Shown here: positions 13,640 to 27,020 of the stretch, in pieces | Layout: every line of letters starts with the position of its first letter | How positions within the stretch are numbered: the stretch's first letter is position 1 | Assembly: GCA_963924565.1 (NCBI GenBank) | Contig: OZ004615.1 | Span: 19,406,001-19,470,000, forward strand | Direction of reading: 5' to 3' | Origin: Ascidiella aspersa | Taxonomy: Eukaryota | Length of the DNA stretch: 64,000 nucleotides | The notes under the pieces: model-generated | The model's database searches: none | What the model was told of the DNA's origin: nothing | Seen by the model: the letters and a program-made list of their open reading frames with translations, nothing else | Made by a program: the position numbers and the translations under genes

Positions 13640-16600
13640 GTTGTAAATGTTCTAGTAGTTAATACTTAATATTGGAACTTAAATTGCCTATTTTTTGTCC
13701 CAAAGTGTAGTTATAAGTCCGGTACCAACCACTCGCCTTGTGTGTTCTTTTTAGGCAATCCAAAAAAAGTGAAAGGCCCGCTTTTAAAATAACGTCAGTC
13801 GCCAAAAAGAGGAGAGGACAGCCCATTTTTTGTTATCCCCAAACCTCGTCACTTCTGAAGCGCAACGGGCACCTTGCAGCAAAAACGACAAGACATCGGC
13901 GCCTTTAAAGTTCACCCAGCGGCGGTCAAGGACCCGATTTCCGGCGGGAAAGGCCGGGTTGGGCCCGATGGGCCCCAAAAATCGAACACTTTCATCGCCG
14001 GCGTGCGCTCAGGAAACCGGCCATCGCTCTTGTCACGGTACGACCGGCCAAACATTCCTGTTTCCCCTCAACAATACCCAAAAGATCGCATGACGTAATT
14101 TGTGACGTACAGCACGTGGGTTGGTGGAAAACGGAACCGTAAATTCATCGCGGGAATTGACAAAGCGAAAGCGAACGCTCGTGAACGTACTCGGAATCTT
14201 AGTTGCATAAATTAAACCAGCATTTTTTTTTCGCACCGCATTTGTCACATGGGGCTTACAAGCCAAAATGTACCTCCTTAAAAAAAATATGCTAGATTTT
14301 ATACCGCTAAAAAATGCCGCTAAATGTTGGAAATACGATGCCTGGAGACTTTGCCTTGGAAAATGCCAGCCGCACGAGGGATTTAGGTATACAAAAATCA
14401 CCAACAAAATACACTTATGTATTAATGGAATAAAATAAACATGGGGGTAACGACCAGGTTTAATAAAATAATTTAAAATTTTGCATACTGTGAATTATTG
14501 CTCTTATTCTATTGCGACGACGGTAAAAAAACTTTAATTTATTATTAGTTGATTTTCTTACGGAATTAGGTTTTAAACTTCTTTGATCAGAAGTCGTATT
14601 TTCCATTTCGGAGGTTTGCATGTTTTGAGTCGAATATTTAACGAAGGAAACGATAAGATGTCTTTATAGAATCTATACGATTCGGTTTTATGAATTTTAT
14701 GACAAAATATTGCGCACTAAATTCATGTGAAAAATTTCCAACAAAGAAAATCGCGTTTTGAATACAGGTCTGGGGCGCAGATATATCGCGTGTATATTTT
14801 TGACCTTTGAACATTCGTAAAACCAACGATATGCGAATCAGATTAAAATCGACAAAACCTTTTGTGCCGAATTAGCGTGGATCGATTTTTCGCTTTGTTC
14901 ACTCCCAACGATTTGGGATTGACAAATGGTGTAATCGTTAACGGAAATTCGACCCCAAATAAAACTAAACAGCATTTTTTCTGACGTAAATACATCTACG
15001 TGAAAAAAACTTAATGTGAAACCTAAGAAAAACGGGCATTCAACGTTGCGTAAAATCATACACTAATTTAGTAAATAAAATGCAAGTTTCTTAAAATTGG
15101 CCACATTGAGGTAAATGCTTTTAATAACATTCATTTTCTAAATATTACCATGTCGAAGTCGATCTAATCGATATTTTGAGCTTTAGAATACGTTGTCAAG
15201 CTGCATTACAGATGTACCTAATTACTTCCAGTCATCGGCATTTCGGCAGCAAACAACAATACCATAACAATCGATTTTACAAGCCAAAATGCGACTTATA
15301 CTTCGCCCAACAAACAACCAAGTGCAGTTAACCCAGCAAAAGGCTCTAGGAGGGTGGATCTGTGGTATCAACCTGTCTTTTGAGCCCATTTATAACTTAT
15401 TTCAAACTTCGTCTGTCGCTTCAAAAATTGGGCTACATTATTCCGCCCTATTCTCACTCAAAATATGCTTTTTTAAAATTTTTTTTTTCATGTTCTCACC
15501 TGCTTTTGTCAATATAGAAAATTCGCCTTTCAGCTAAATGGGGTTCCTCAGCGGCGGCGAAAAATGCCAAAGCGTGGCGGTGATTGAAAATTAAACGTCC
15601 GGTTTGTGCTAGGCCAAAACGTTAAAACGACGGCGGCATACGCGACCCTTGTTTGTCGATTTGTGAGCGATTGAGTGTAATTACCCTAATTGTGAGCGCA
15701 AAACAGAGCAGACGTTTTCGGGTGCTAATTATCGTATTCGGAAGCCGAAGTGCTGTACGACAAGACACCAAAGTGGTCAAATCTGGGCAGCGACACTAGT
15801 TAAAGTTAGGAAGTGGGAAATTGGATGGGCGCTCTTTTGCTAAAAATGTACAAAAATCTTGACAAACTTTCGTACAACCGTTCTTCGTCTGGTCAAAGTA
15901 TAATTTAGCATTAGACAAATACGGCAATCAACAAAGATTTGAATAATGTTAAAATTCAAAGTACGTTTGGCAATTAAACCCATCCATGGGGAATACATTC
16001 TTTGAGCATAAAATCTGATAAAAGTAGGTGCCCGACCGTGGCCTGCTGCTGTGAATTGTAAGTTAAGCGTCTTCTCCAATAATAATAATCCCTGCAGCCG
16101 CGAACGGTCGAATTTCCGCGTACGCTTGCCGAGTCTGTAGCTACTCAAACAACTTGTATTTGCACTCGGGGCATAAGGCGCACAGAAATAGGCCCCAACA
16201 ATCCATCTATCCTTGTATAATTCGGCGGCGCGCCTCCCCACGCGGCTAAACTACCTCGTCAAGCGGCGTACAGCCGTCGACTTTCGCTGCCTGCGCCCTT
16301 ACCAGCGACGCACTGTTTCTGCATAAACACAAGGCAGAAAGCAAATACCGTTACGGCTATTTGGCTTTCTCTTGCTAATCGATTTAGGGCTGCTTTGCGT
16401 TGCTTCCCGCGCCAGACAAAAGCACTGCACTACAATAGTCAAAAAAGGTGCCAGATTCTGCGGCGATCCGGGCGCTATTTTCCCGTCGATGGAATTGTCG
16501 CGACCCGATCCTATGATGTCGCTCTTTACTGGGCACATATTGCTGCTGCTCGCACCGCTTCCTCTGCTTGCTATTTGCTTAGATCCTCCGAGCCACTTCA

Positions 16601-18189
16601 CCTTGACAAGTGGTAGCAATCGGCTTTTTACCCGCACTCAAATATCGCCAATCGCTTTTTCGCCTTGCCCACCGAAGCGTGCAGCTAAAAAGGGCTTTCC
16701 TTGCTGAGGAAATAATGTGTGATCAACCTTTGCCTTGCATTGGATACGCAACCACAGCAAATTATATTTTAGTTTTCAAATTTAACCTAAATAGGTCGAC
16801 CGCAAACTATAAGTTAAACTTTTAACATAGCGTATCAAATTCAACACAGTTTTTTTTATTATAATTAGAGGAAACTTTACGGTGCGGCTATTTTTCAAGA
16901 AAGTACAGAACTGAGATTGTCTTAGCAAAGTTAAAAAAAAGGTTAAAAAAACATGAGTTTAACAGCGTTTTTCTAGGCTGAGTTGCTGCCTTTGAGGGCT
17001 GCAATACGTAAAAAAACAAGGTTAATTTACCCTCTGAGCTATTTCTTGACCCTGAGTAACGAAGAAAATTGGGGTTTGGGGCTCGTGCTGACAGGCGGAA
17101 TCATCTGTAACCCCCTTTTTGGCCCCAGCCCAGGCGCCTGGGTTCGTATCCCCAGATATGCATTCTAGAAAGTCAAGCCAGTTCCAAAATGCCTTAGATC
17201 GATGGCTTTGCTATTTACCTCTAGGAAACGGAAGGATTTAAACATTTTTCACATTACTCCGAACATACTTTTTCGGTAACTTTTAAAATAAAATTTTACT
17301 TCATTAATAAAACGACGTTAGTAGAATAAAAATGGCCATTACCAGATAGGTTATGCACTACTGTGGCGATAAAATACAATCACACGAAAATTTAACTTAA
17401 ACGCCTAATTTTAAAAGCCTAACGGAAGTCTGTTTGGTTATATTTATAAGATAGCACAATAAAACAACAAATACACTTTCAACACAGAATTGCAAGCTTT
17501 TAAGCGACAAGTATTTGATGTTTTGTATTTTAAGTTTTGTATTTGATCTTTCACGACCAGCACGCAAGCCTAAATTCGCTTTTTCCGGAAATACAGAAAG
17601 TCTAACGTTTTTATTAATTTGTTTGAATCCGCTTTCATCGCCTAGCATAAAGGAAACAATAAATCAATATTTAGATTTTACCGTAATAAGTCAAAACGCA
17701 GCCGGAAAACGCACACGCTCATATTCGGCATTGTTAAACCCATTTTCGTAACCATAAAAATTCGTTCAAAGAAATTAATGCGGCAAATCAGCCTTTGAAG
17801 AACGCGCCGCCATTTCAAAGTCAAATTTTCCCGGTTTGCAAATCCACAGTGTTTTACCGGGTGCCCGTAAATTTTCAGCCGCCATCCGCAAGACACCTTT
17901 AAATGACTCAAACGCACCGAGCCGCCTTTTGCTTTGAATTCGTTGGGCGATTTAGTCACACGCCAAGCATGATAATAAAAATCAATAGTAGACCCAGGAT
18001 TGGAAACACTTTAAGCAAACCTTTAATGTTAAAGCGTTCATCTTATACAGTAAATTATCCCTAACAATACGATTGCACAGGAAAACGATTAGGTGTCGGT
18101 ACATAAAGTTCGACCTTTAACGTACATTTGAGTGACGTCATACACGTTAGCACACGTAAAACCTAGCCAACAACGTTTTGTCGCGTCTC

Positions 18190-18268
18190 TTAATGTTTGA
18201 TTAATCAGTGGTTCTTAAACATTTTCTTTTTTAATGTTTTTATCAGTGGTTCTTAAACATTTTCTTTT
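18190..18268 (+). repeat. Tandem duplication (~40 bp x2) containing a hAT-like terminus CAGTGGTTCTTAAAC
   Basis: TTAATGTTT..ATCAGTGGTTCTTAAACATTTTCTTTT occurs twice; no matching right terminus found. Confidence 0.7.
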
Positions 18269-20640
18269 CAGGGCTTTTAAGTGTCGATGGGAGCCACTTA
18301 AAAAAAAAAATTGTCTTTAATTTTCTTTTTAAATAATTCACACCAGGCAAAAACTATCCAAAAAACAAATGTTTACATCCCTTTAGGTAAATGATTTCAC
18401 TTCATACGATTTTACCACTACACGTTAAGGTATTATATAATTTTGTAAAGACCAAATGCTCAGTGACAATCATAGACAACTCGTCATATTACTGGGAATC
18501 TGCTTGCGCACCAATGTCGGCATTTTTAAGACAGGTCGACAACAACCGGTTTACCTAAAGGGCGCATTTTTTCTCTTGCGCCACAGCTAACTCTGTGCTA
18601 CTTTTGAGACAACCATTTAACCTGTTCGGCAAAGCCCCACTTTTATGAACGAGACCTGAAGGCTAGCCAGCACCTGGACTGCGCTTTCACTGTTCTACAG
18701 GCTGCCTGAAAACAGGCCTTTCTTACAGCGTATAGCGTACATCGGCGGCCCGGGCAGCGGCGACGGGCCCTGGGCCACAAATTGGCCGATCGTCTCGAAA
18801 TTTCACGCAGGAGCCGCAGCGGCAGAAAAAGGTCCCTTTTAACTCGCCGCAGACGGCTGGATCTCTCGCGCGCCCGCATTTCATCGCCTGGGCTCAGCTC
18901 AGCTGCAGCAGCAACAGCGCAGCCAGAAAACGTCGCTTTTCTGGCCTGGGCGCTCTGCTGGCCTTAATGGACTATCGCGCGGACCTCGGGCTTTGATCTG
19001 CGCTTCGTAGGCGCGGTCACGGTTGCTCGAAATTCGAGTCACGTGTTGCCTCGAGTGACCAATCGCGCGGCGCCGCTCCACTCGAAAGTGCTTCTTCGAT
19101 AGTAGCCTCTGAACTGCATTTTTTTGTTGTTTTTTACAGAACAAAACTTATATGGCCTTGCTTTTATCAGAGTGACTGCAAAATTTGCTTTTCAATTTAA
19201 ATTCAAGTTTTTGTAGTTTAGGTATGAATGCTCTAAAAAAATTCGGTATGGCGCAATTGCTAACAATCCAATGGTTTCACCTGCTATATCAAATCATACA
19301 ACTTCACACAATACATTCTCTCGCAATTAGCGCAAACTTTTTGCAATGGCCATACTAGCAATGCTTTCAAGTCAAGCCAATTCAGACTGCACAATTATCG
19401 GCATTTGATGATCGCACCAAAAAGGCTGTCCACTGACCATTTATTTCGTTTTCTCGCTAATACGAACCAGTCTTTACACACTGCAACCAAAACGTTCACT
19501 GGCTTGGAATTCCGATCACCAACAGTTTGCTAGCTTTATCTCTTACTTGAAAAGAACTCAACTCGAGGCTAAACGGCTTTTCGGAGTCTCGATTTTAACT
19601 GCTGTGCGCAGTGTACAAAGCACAAAAGCAGCGCTATTCGCAACAGTAAGCATCAGCAACAGTGAAAACCACCACCAGCACCGGCACCAGCAGACAACAG
19701 ACTTCAAACGTTACTCGCAGCTCGCGACGGTTTTTAGCCGCGGCCGCGTGTCTTTTGCCGCCGGTATACGCTTATTCGATTGCGCGGCAGATTAAGGACT
19801 GAAAGCCGGCGCTGGAATGTTTATAAATATCGCATGTCCGCCGCCGCCGACGACGACAACGAATCCGCCGCTGCTTTGTCGCTTTACGGACGGTTATTGT
19901 AGCGAGTGCTGGCCTCGGCCAATTTTTCGGACCAATGTGTTGATATATCTCGACCGTCGTTTTTAACTGAAAAAATAAACGCTTTAACGCCTATGTTCCG
20001 AATCCCGATGCAACTGAGGTCTTTGCGTATCTTCTCCCGAAATCAGCGGCTCCTTATCAGGATAATAACAGGATGCACTGAGGCTGCTGCTGCTGCTTCA
20101 GTGACTTCGTGAAACAATCCGACCTTCGGCATTTTGATCTGCGTCGTCATTGAGGCTGGTGTACTTTTGCGGCCTTGCGCTGTTCAATTAGCGTCTGTTT
20201 CGCTATTTGAAATAGTAGACATTTTTGGCGTAAATTAAAGGGCCAAGCTTTTTAATAAAAATGATGAAAAATGTAAAATACCGCTATAGATCAAGCGTGT
20301 TACATCATAGCAATTATAATATGACGTAAATCAGATCAAAAACTATTTCAAATAATACTTCACAAGTCATTCGAAATTTAACGCAATTTGTCAGAGACCA
20401 CTAAATGTTCCGCAGGTGTTCGTTTGTGGATTGAGAAAGGTTATTATGTTCAACCAAAGCTTTTGTGATATTTGAGGCACTCGAAACTTTCGCTTTATCG
20501 AAATACCGCGAGAGAGCAACGTATTTAATCTCATTTTCAAGTTCTATCGGTGCAATAAAAGCCCACTTCAATTCCTATCAGTGCAAATTTCAAAAAGTGG
20601 ATTATTTTTAGGTACACTATGCACGGATCTGTAATTTAGG

Positions 20641-20773
20641 TTAATAATAATTGTCAAAGTCTAAAAGGTCGAGGAAATCGACATCATCTTGATGAAGAAG
20701 TTTCTTTTAACTGATGATGATACAAGCGCGTATCGAAAAGTGGATTAATTTTTGCTTGTATATTATTATTTAA
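20641..20773 (+). mobile_element. Hairpin element with hammerhead-like core, family A (cleavage region degraded, right arm partly deleted)
   Basis: Inverted tail AAAAGGTCGAGGAAATCGACATCATCTTGATGAAGAAGTTTC followed by TTAA-CTGATGA(20711-17)-T-GATAC[6]GTATC-GAAA-AGTGGA-TTAA; same junction as the 25.8 kb copy. Confidence 0.7.
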
Positions 20774-22818
20774 ACGCAATTTGTAAGTGACACAAAGTAA
20801 GCATAAAAAATTACAACCGTCGATTGTGTAACCTTCCAAGTTTAAACTCGCTCGGAACGAGAACGTGGCAGCCTCCAACCATAAACCCAAGTAGGCTACT
20901 CTCAGAAGCCAGAGCGAGCAAAAATACAGGTTGCGCCGTGTTTTTGCGGCGCGTTAAAACCTAACCTGAAGCGACAAATCGGATTGGTCATATTAATCAT
21001 CACCTCACCACTCTACACAGGCTCAGCGCCCCAGTCAGCAGCAGTCATCTTCGGTCGGCAACAATGTCGCAAACTGCAAAGGTCGCGCGTCGCGTCGCCG
21101 CCACCCGGAATCGCGCGACACGCGACACAGACGCTCGGCGTCTAATACTTCCGAAAAAGGTGCGATGAGAGCTTGTGGGGTCTGCGCGGGTTTTGTGCCT
21201 TTGTCTCAACTCTAAAGCCTAAACCCGAAGCAAAACAAACGAAAGCTGGCTGTTTTGTCACTTGAGTGGCGATCCTCGGCCGCTTAGAATGCAACTGCGA
21301 GACGCTGCTGCTGTACACCACATAACGTGGCCGGATGCAGCATTGCGAAACATGCCAAATAAACACCAGCGACAAAATACGTGTAACATCACGCCACTGA
21401 TCCAGCAGTCTTTCGCTACAAAGACGTATGGCCCAATACGCCTCCGACATCGAAACGGCCAAGTAGCCAGCATAGAGTCCAGGGAATCAATCACTATTTA
21501 CAAGTCCTGCATGTCAGGATGGAAAGTCGCCCAGTGCTGCTTCTGGTCATCGGCGCTCTTCCGAAAGGACGCAAACTTGTGCGTGACTCGGGGACATTTG
21601 GGTCGCGCGGTGCAGAACGCATCCAAGTGACGGCGACTAACATTGATTAATACGCGGCAACTTGACAGCTGGATTAACCTGAACGAGGCGATGGCGGGCC
21701 GTGGTTGTTGCCAAATGCCGACAAACTTATACACACGTGGACTTCAAGGCCTTGGTGGCGGTCGATGGGACAAGCGGCCAAATTTAAGGCAACAACAGTT
21801 TTTGTGCTGCCGATTAAAATGCATAAAGCACGTTGGTCGGTGAAATATTTCTTTTTTTGTTTGTTTATTATTAGATTTGAGCCACCCTTAAACACTAATG
21901 AATCCTATCGTAATTAATCGCTCACGATACAGTATGTTTCCGACCTTAAAAATATGGCAGTTGTTACCATGAATCACAAATTAGTCGAATGAGCAATCTA
22001 ACTGGACCAGCAGTCCAGCATCTGTGAACAATTATTTCAATGACAACATTCTAGTTGGTGCTTTACTTATTTCGTACAACGCAGTTATTTAAACCAAAAG
22101 AAAAAAACGCATTTAACGCAAAAGTGAGCGAAAAACGCCAAGCGCTGAAACTGCATTTGCCGAGAGAGAATAGGCGATCTGTTCCGAAAACATAGGACAG
22201 TAATCCGATGTATTTGCTGACGCGTCGCCTTCTCGTATAACAACGCGATTAGAGCGCGCGCGCGAGCTAGCATCAGGTATATAGGCGGCGGACGCGAGTA
22301 TATACGGGCTTGGATGGGTCGCGCTTTGATGTGCCTATGTACAGAGCGGCGTTTGATCGGGGCCTGTGTCAATAATAACTCTACAGTTTTATGATCTTCT
22401 CATTGGACGACGCGCCGTGCCCCGAACGACATAATGTCCGAGCGGAGTTGGGCCGACATTTTTTTCGGAAAGGAGGGGTCGCTGCCATATATTAGGGGGG
22501 GCATGTAGAGGGGTTAGTGGGCGGACTGCGTTGTGGTCTGAACTGCTAAAATAAAAAGAAAACGGAAACTTTTTAAGGGAATGTTTTTATTTGTCCCGAG
22601 AATAATATCTTTCCACAACGATACAGAAAATAGGCGAACCTATATACAACGTTGTTTTAAAAAGCTCTCAGCACACTTTGTACAAAACAATAGCATTATA
22701 ACTTATTTGAAAACTATTATTAGTATCGTAATATCATCACTTATCCTATGAACAATGTGCATTAGAGTCACATGCTTGTCTTAAGTTGTCTGTAGGCCTA
22801 TTCGGGATACAAATATGC

Positions 22819-22868
22819 TATTTTCCCAAACCTAAAGAGTTCCACGGAACTTAGTTTGAGAAACAAAG
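22819..22868. mobile_element. Tiny hAT/Charlie-like MITE remnant
   Basis: TTTTCCCAAAC...GTTCCACGGAAC-TTAGTTTGAGAAAC resembles the termini of Charlie-type MITEs; ends are degraded. Confidence 0.3.
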
Positions 22869-24748
22869 CTATTAGGTGGTAATGTGTTATCATGAAACAA
22901 TTCAGATAACGGTTGTTTGCTAGATCAGACATTCTAATTTATTTCGCAAACGTGGCGAACATTTGTACTAAAACAAAAACGAGGCCTTATATCAAGTGAG
23001 GGCCCCAGTCGCCAGGAAAGCGACGTTTAGTCGCTTCGATTTACTCCCAGCTTACAGCCCCTAAAAGCCGCAAGCCGTAAATTTTTCGCCGCACTTACCA
23101 CTCTCGTTTTTTACCGCGTACACTAAATGCAATTACAAAGCAAGGGCGCATTTGAGTTTGCTTCCTAGGTTTGTCGGGCTAATGCCGCGCGTAATTGACG
23201 GAGCCAATAAAACGCCGATTTTCGCTTTGTTCGCTGTCGGCCCCCTTGAGTAATTTACAAGCGCGCAAATATTGAAAGTTTGGACAATAATCCAACTTTG
23301 AAACGCCCTCTTGGAACGGCGATACCGGCAGCTTTCCCGACGGCAAATATAGGGACGCTTTACGAATGACTAAAACTGGTTAGGCCTCACAGTATTTGTT
23401 CAAAGCTGCTCGAAATCATTCTCCTTTCTTTTTCGGTTCGGAACGTTATTGACAACCCTATGAAAACATAGACATAGTTATGTCGCCCAACGTTAGTACC
23501 CTGCATTATTTTTGGTAGTTTTTTTTACTTTTTGAGTGCGCAAAGTTGGACATAAACACAACGTTATTATTAAAGATTTGACAGGTCTATAGCGACACCT
23601 TGCGGAACTTTTTTTCAAGCAGAATCACGATCGATTACTCACTAAAATAGCAAACAGATTCTTGCAACTCGAGGACGTGACATTTAACACAAAACAGTTT
23701 CTTTGATAAAACATACAGCTTTTTCACAACAACTAAAAATAAAATGGTTTGATGCTTTTGCCCAATCAATGTTTGAAGACTCATGTATGAGTCTATATTA
23801 CCATATTTTTTAAACTAATAAATTATTTTATCAGTTGCTGGAAGAATGACGCTCTGTTGAGCATTGAATAATAACCACACTATAAGGGTGTTTAAACTTA
23901 TTATGCAAATTAAAAACGTCCTGCTTGTTTTATGATATACAAAGAAACATTCATACATACAGTAGTAAACGTTTCGTTGTGTAACACAACGTTAGCTGCT
24001 ATATAGGCAATTCTACAAGCCCAAGTGTGCACCAGTTGTACCTGTTTTAAAGTGCCAGTTATGTTCGTGCGAAGCTCTGCAAGTCGTTCTACCTGACGGA
24101 TGACATTTTAACGGTTTTCATTAAAAATAAATTACACTCAGCAGAATCATCACTCAACTTGTTAAACGCAAAATACATCCGTATATAAGCAATTCACCGG
24201 CGGTGTTGTTTATTCAGATGATATAAAGGGCGTATCTTTATGGAATCTAAAACCATTGGCAGCAGGTTTCTGCTTGTCGGTCACTGTCCTGCTGACGCGT
24301 ATATTAAGACGCGATTAACCCCCACCCCCCCCCCCAACAATTTTGAACATTACTTCTATCAGGTTTCACCAGTCATACTCTTGCAACCTAATAAAATACC
24401 CATCACTTTAGTAAAATAAACCATCATTTTAAATAACATTTCAATTGCGGGCCAACAACATTTACCCAGCCCTCCTCCTCCCACATTTATTAGGGGCGCA
24501 TGCATAGTCATTCGATCGGCGCGAATTGCTTGCTGACATATAAACAAGCCCGGAGACGATACGTCAGGATCGCAGGGCGGCAAGGTCGCTCGGGCGTTTA
24601 ACAAGTCGCGACAATTGACGTTCAAGTTCGCGGCCGAGTGCGTACGCGGTTGCTGGCACGCAGAGCCGCGTAGACCACCCGTACACAAGTGTGTGGCTTT
24701 TTCATTGGGCGAGACGACCTGTCGTGGCTATTAGAAGCACCAGAAGAA

Positions 24749-24836
24749 TGGCCCTATTGTCAAGCCGTTGTTTCGCCGCGATATCACCGATGTCGTTCTC
24801 GACGCGATGTCAAGGGTTCGAATCCCGCGAGAGCAT
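24749..24836 (+). pseudogene. Possible tRNA-derived SINE head / tRNA pseudogene
   Basis: Perfect B-box GGTTCGAATCCC (~24815-26) and a weak A-box-like TGGCCCTATTGTCAAG upstream; no complete cloverleaf. Confidence 0.3.
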
Positions 24837-25071
24837 CTTTTGCGGTTTCAATTGCGGCCGTAAAGCTTGCGTAATGGCGGCTTGTCACGGATCCTTCGGA
24901 AAGAACAAAAGGGTCGGTGTCACTTTCGCCGATGAACGATCGTTTCAAGATACAAACCTCAAAAACCTCTTCATCAAGTTCACACAAAAATCTCGGACGT
25001 ATTGCCGTCATTATATGTTTGGTTAACGTTCGAAGGAAACTGCGTTGGATGGTTTACACAAGATTGATAAC

Positions 25072-25326
25072 CAGTGATGTAACTGATTTTGAAATGATGT
25101 AATTGATTTTGAAATGATGGGTCCAAGTCAAGTGAATTGCGAAAAATAAAAAATCAAGACCAAGTCCTTATCGGAGCAAATCCAAGACAATTTAATTGCA
25201 TCAACATAAAAAGTTACATCATTAAAAAAATGGCAAAAATTAAATCGGAGTCAAGTCTTTTGTCCCAAATTGTCAAGTCAAGTCATTTATAAATTGTGAC
25301 ATGGGTGCACTTAGATTACATCACTG
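25072..25326 (+). mobile_element. AAGTC-rich MITE, short subfamily
   Basis: Perfect 11-bp TIR CAGTGATGTAA/TTACATCACTG, internal AAGTC repeats and an internal 20-bp tandem duplication; TSD not convincing. Confidence 0.75.
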
Positions 25327-25726
25327 CCTAACCAATTCCGCTATCAGTGAACCTTGACTACCATTCACGTGTGGCCAACAATATATCGAGTAACAAAAGT
25401 ATAGCACTGAGTTACTACGATGAAATACGACACCTTACTCGCTTCGTTAACTGCATGCCTATGTTTATCCATACAAGAGCGACGTGAAAATTGGAACTGG
25501 GTCGCTTCAAGGTTCAAGACTGTGCACCTTTGCTTGAACCACCAAGACCACACACCGGTGATATCGTACAGTTGCTGCTCCTCATGCGGAATTAGACATC
25601 CTTTTATTATTCCTCTAGGTGTCAGAGCGGAGGTAGTTTTAACGGTACTTGATATTAGCGACACCGCATTCTCTCCAAAAGAAAAAAATGAACAAATCAT
25701 CATGCTGAAATATTTTTTTATAATTA

Positions 25727-25949
25727 GCCATTAACATGGGTAAACTTTGCACATATCTGTAATGTATAGCTTGATAATGTACTGCAAAGCAAAAAGGTCG
25801 AGTAGAACCACATCATGCTAATTAAGGCGTTTCGAGTTTGTATCATCTTCAGTTAATGATGAAACGCCTTAATCAAGATGATGTCGATGTACTCCACCGT
25901 TTTGGCTATGCGATTTAACATCACGCCATTAACAATTTGACTAAACTTT
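25727..25949 (-). mobile_element. Hairpin element with hammerhead-like core, family A
   Basis: ~50-bp imperfect arms 25784-25833/25861-25911. Minus strand ATTAA-CTGAAGA-T-GA[7]TC-GAAA-CGCC-TTAAT (25857-25821). Flanking direct repeat GCCATTAACA...TAAACTTT (25727-48, 25925-49). Confidence 0.75.
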
Positions 25950-26291
25950 TAGGCAATGTCGGTATAATATTTTCTGCAGGTGGTTAGACAATTAATTGAA
26001 TAAATTTGACGATAACGAAATTTCTATTTTCGAACGCATACGTTTTTATAAGTGCGATAAAAATAACGGATAGAATATAATTTTAGCGGCGTACAAAACA
26101 AAGAGGTTATGCAGAACTGTGGTGCTCATGATAATGTTCCGACACCAGATAATAACCCAAATATACATTTCTTCCTGAATTCAATGAAACATTCACACAT
26201 AAAAGTGTTAATAACTGAGATCTAGCCCTTCGAAGCTGCTTTTTGACCAACGAATACGGCTTACGTATAATTAGTACACCGAAAGCCATCG

Positions 26292-26410
26292 CAGACTCAC
26301 CGAATCTGTTGATCTATGATGCAAGCAGAGCAGACTAGAAAAACAACTAGCCTGCAGTGAGGTTCGAACTCACGACCTTCGGACAAGCCGGGACCGTCGT
26401 TCTACGGTCT
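26292..26410 (-). mobile_element. tRNA-derived SINE, copy 1
   Basis: Minus-strand T-arm GTGAG-TTCGAAC-CTCAC (26373-26357). Body (AGACTCAC..GAATC.GTTGAT...ATGCAA...TAGAAAAACAAC) is shared with copy 2. Confidence 0.7.
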
Positions 26411-26900
26411 TCCTGAATTTGCGAAATACGACATTCGTACGACTTCGTTGAATTTGCATTAGGCTTTCTGTGGAAGAAAATAAATTGTTGTGGTCATCCG
26501 TGGATCGAAGATATAACAGCTTAGGTACCCGACTTGGTTCTTAATAACATTGCATTTCTTTTAAAGGGCTAAGTTATCGACATCCAGTAAGCAACCCTAA
26601 CGTTAAGGGCAAGTTGTTTTCTAACGTTACGGGCAGGTAACTGTTTCTGGTTTCAAAAACTTAATACGCCATTGCAAAACGTGTCTATCCACAGCAAAAT
26701 GTTTGCGATATAGCTAAAAAAAATTCCGAAACGTCTTAACCTTACCATATATTGCATTAAGATATCAATTTTAAGATATCAAAAACTCGTGCCCAGATAA
26801 ACATATAGAGGAAACATGGATTTATATGGTTATCCCCCCAGTAAGTTACCCCGTAAGTGGTAAACTTTAACTGTAGTATGTTACACCGGGAGGCTTTAAT

Positions 26901-27020
26901 AGACTCACTAAACGAATCGGTTGATTACATTCCAGGATTTTCATGCAACCAAGGCCAGGGTAGAAAAACAACCGGCCAACGGTGGGGGTCGAACTCACAA
27001 CCTCGGCCATACCTGTTGTA
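26901..27020 (-). mobile_element. tRNA-derived SINE, copy 2
   Basis: Minus-strand GAGGTTGTGAGTTCGACCCCCAC B-box/T-arm next to TAGAAAAACAAC, as in copy 1. Confidence 0.7.

Noticed and set aside
17135-17156. CTGGG-TTCGTATC-CCCAG T-arm-like hairpin
   Set aside because: Loop length and sequence are non-canonical, and there is no A-box or acceptor stem.
19645-19700. CAN-triplet (Gln/His-like) run in ORF 19547-19795
   Set aside because: Short low-complexity run with no supporting exon boundaries or domain.
23964-24000. Minus-strand GTTGTG/CACAAC stem followed by GAAACGTT (hammerhead-like)
   Set aside because: No CTGANGA core; at most a very decayed copy.
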